Below are positions 63,575 to 64,000 of a stretch of 64,000 nt of DNA, in pieces. Source of the DNA: Acidimicrobiales bacterium. Lineage in GTDB: Bacteria; Actinomycetota; Acidimicrobiia; Acidimicrobiales; DATDAH01. Location: positions 135,793 to 199,792 of the forward strand of contig JBGAOY010000001.1 in NCBI GenBank assembly GCA_044221555.1. Reading direction: 5' to 3'. The position numbers and the translations under genes were made by a program. Below the pieces are notes generated by a model. That model was not told the origin of the DNA. It did not search any database and saw nothing but the letters and a program-made list of their open reading frames with translations. The number at the start of each line of letters is the position of its first letter. The stretch's first letter is position 1.

Positions 63575-64000
63575 GCGGTGGCGGCGGAGGGGGCGGTGGG
63601 GGCGTGAGCGGTGGGGAAGTCCGTGGGGCAGACGACGTTCTGGTCGCCTTCGCCGACGAGGTCGGCCCGGACGGGCCGGTGGCGGTGGTCGGCGGCCGGA
63701 CGCACTGGGCGGAGGGCGGCCTGCCTGACGACGGGGTGCGACTCGTGGCCGCACCGGCCGGGGTGGTCGAGCACGAGCCCGCCGAGATGACGGTGCGGGT
63801 GCGGGCGGGCACGACGATCGAGGACCTCGACGCGGTGCTGGCCCGGTCGGGCCAGGCCGTGGCGTTGGCCCCGCGCCCGGCCTCGACGGTGGGCGGCGCG
63901 CTCGCGGTCGGCCACAGCGGGCTCACCCAGTTGCGTGACGGAGCCGTGCACGACGCGCTGCTCGAGGCCCGCTACGTGTCGGCCGAGGGCCGGCTGGTCA
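63571..64000 (+). CDS. FAD-binding oxidase subunit, GlcE-like (5' part; the gene runs off the right edge)
   Basis: This ORF is absent from the track because it is open at the edge. My translation reads VSGGGGGGGGGVSGGEVRGADDVLVAFADEVGPDGPVAVVGGRTHWAEGG..MTVRVRAGTTIEDLDAVLARSGQAVALAP..VGGALAVGHSG.. The GTG at 63571 overlaps the glcD stop (GTGA). An alternative GTG lies at 63604. Confidence 0.65.
   Translation, partial: MSGGGGGGGGGVSGGEVRGADDVLVAFADEVGPDGPVAVVGGRTHWAEGGLPDDGVRLVAAPAGVVEHEPAEMTVRVRAGTTIEDLDAVLARSGQAVALAPRPASTVGGALAVGHSGLTQLRDGAVHDALLEARYVSAEGRLV

Noticed and set aside
62081-63754. The N-terminal roughly 560 aa of the 809-aa ORF 61325-63754.
   Set aside because: This part is antisense to the well-supported glcD-type oxidase and is Arg/Gly/His/Pro-rich. 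Only the 3' 756 nt (61325-62080) looks like a real protein.
1-64000. CRISPR arrays, tRNA/rRNA genes and transposases, integrases or IS inverted repeats.
   Set aside because: I found no regularly spaced repeat-spacer pattern. The only tandem repeats are the 2-copy 52-mer, a 13-mer pair and the coding Gly tracts. No intergenic region looked like a cloverleaf tRNA or an rRNA, and no ORF resembled a recombinase. This is visual inspection only. tRNAscan-SE, Infernal or ISEScan would be decisive.

Overview
The window is a very GC-rich chromosomal segment with an actinobacterium-like gene set. Third codon positions are almost all G/C, but I did not compute the GC value, and the lineage cannot be fixed without a database search. 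I support about 50 CDS. I recognised no rRNA, tRNA, CRISPR array, transposase or integrase. Many long ORFs in the six-frame track are antisense or alternate-frame artefacts of the GC bias (Arg/Pro/Gly/His-rich), and several real genes carry spurious 5' extensions that I trimmed by eye.

Gene content, left to right:
- 1-6184: a three-gene operon of GT-C membrane glycosyltransferases, including a 1414-aa AftD-like protein.
- 6275-19172: housekeeping genes. These are an AlkA-like glycosylase, an acyl-CoA synthetase, a cyclophilin, an Opp/Dpp-type ABC operon flanked by two paralogous binding proteins, and a lytic transglycosylase.
- 19222-40535: a roughly 21-kb envelope-glycan locus, described below.
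- 40685-59101: mixed metabolism (acyl-CoA ligase, GDPD, MFS, pyk, patatin, PLP decarboxylase, mobA, rhodanese, rnd, TauE, GH13 alpha-glucosidase, typA), plus two tandem secreted paralogs of unknown family.
- 59121-61231: a 2-copy intergenic tandem repeat followed by a two-gene McrBC-like module.
- 61325-64000: a Cys-rich conserved protein divergent from glcD and a glcE-like gene.

The glycan locus has two divergent operons. It contains two more giant AftD-like GT-C proteins, a GT4, a GT2-methyltransferase fusion, a sulfotransferase-like protein, two family-3 acyltransferases, a methyltransferase, a Wzx-like flippase, further polytopic membrane proteins, an unusual acidic/poly-Gly/ConA-like membrane protein and an LAxTG surface protein.

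Best candidates for something new:
- the multi-AftD glycan locus with its putative acyl, methyl and sulfate decoration genes;
- the domain-minimal McrB-like AAA+ protein with a divergent McrC-like partner;
- an OppF-type ATPase carrying a roughly 135-aa multi-helix hydrophobic insertion inside its nucleotide-binding domain;
- the tandem secreted paralogs.

All functional calls rest on my reading of the translated sequences. No searches were run.
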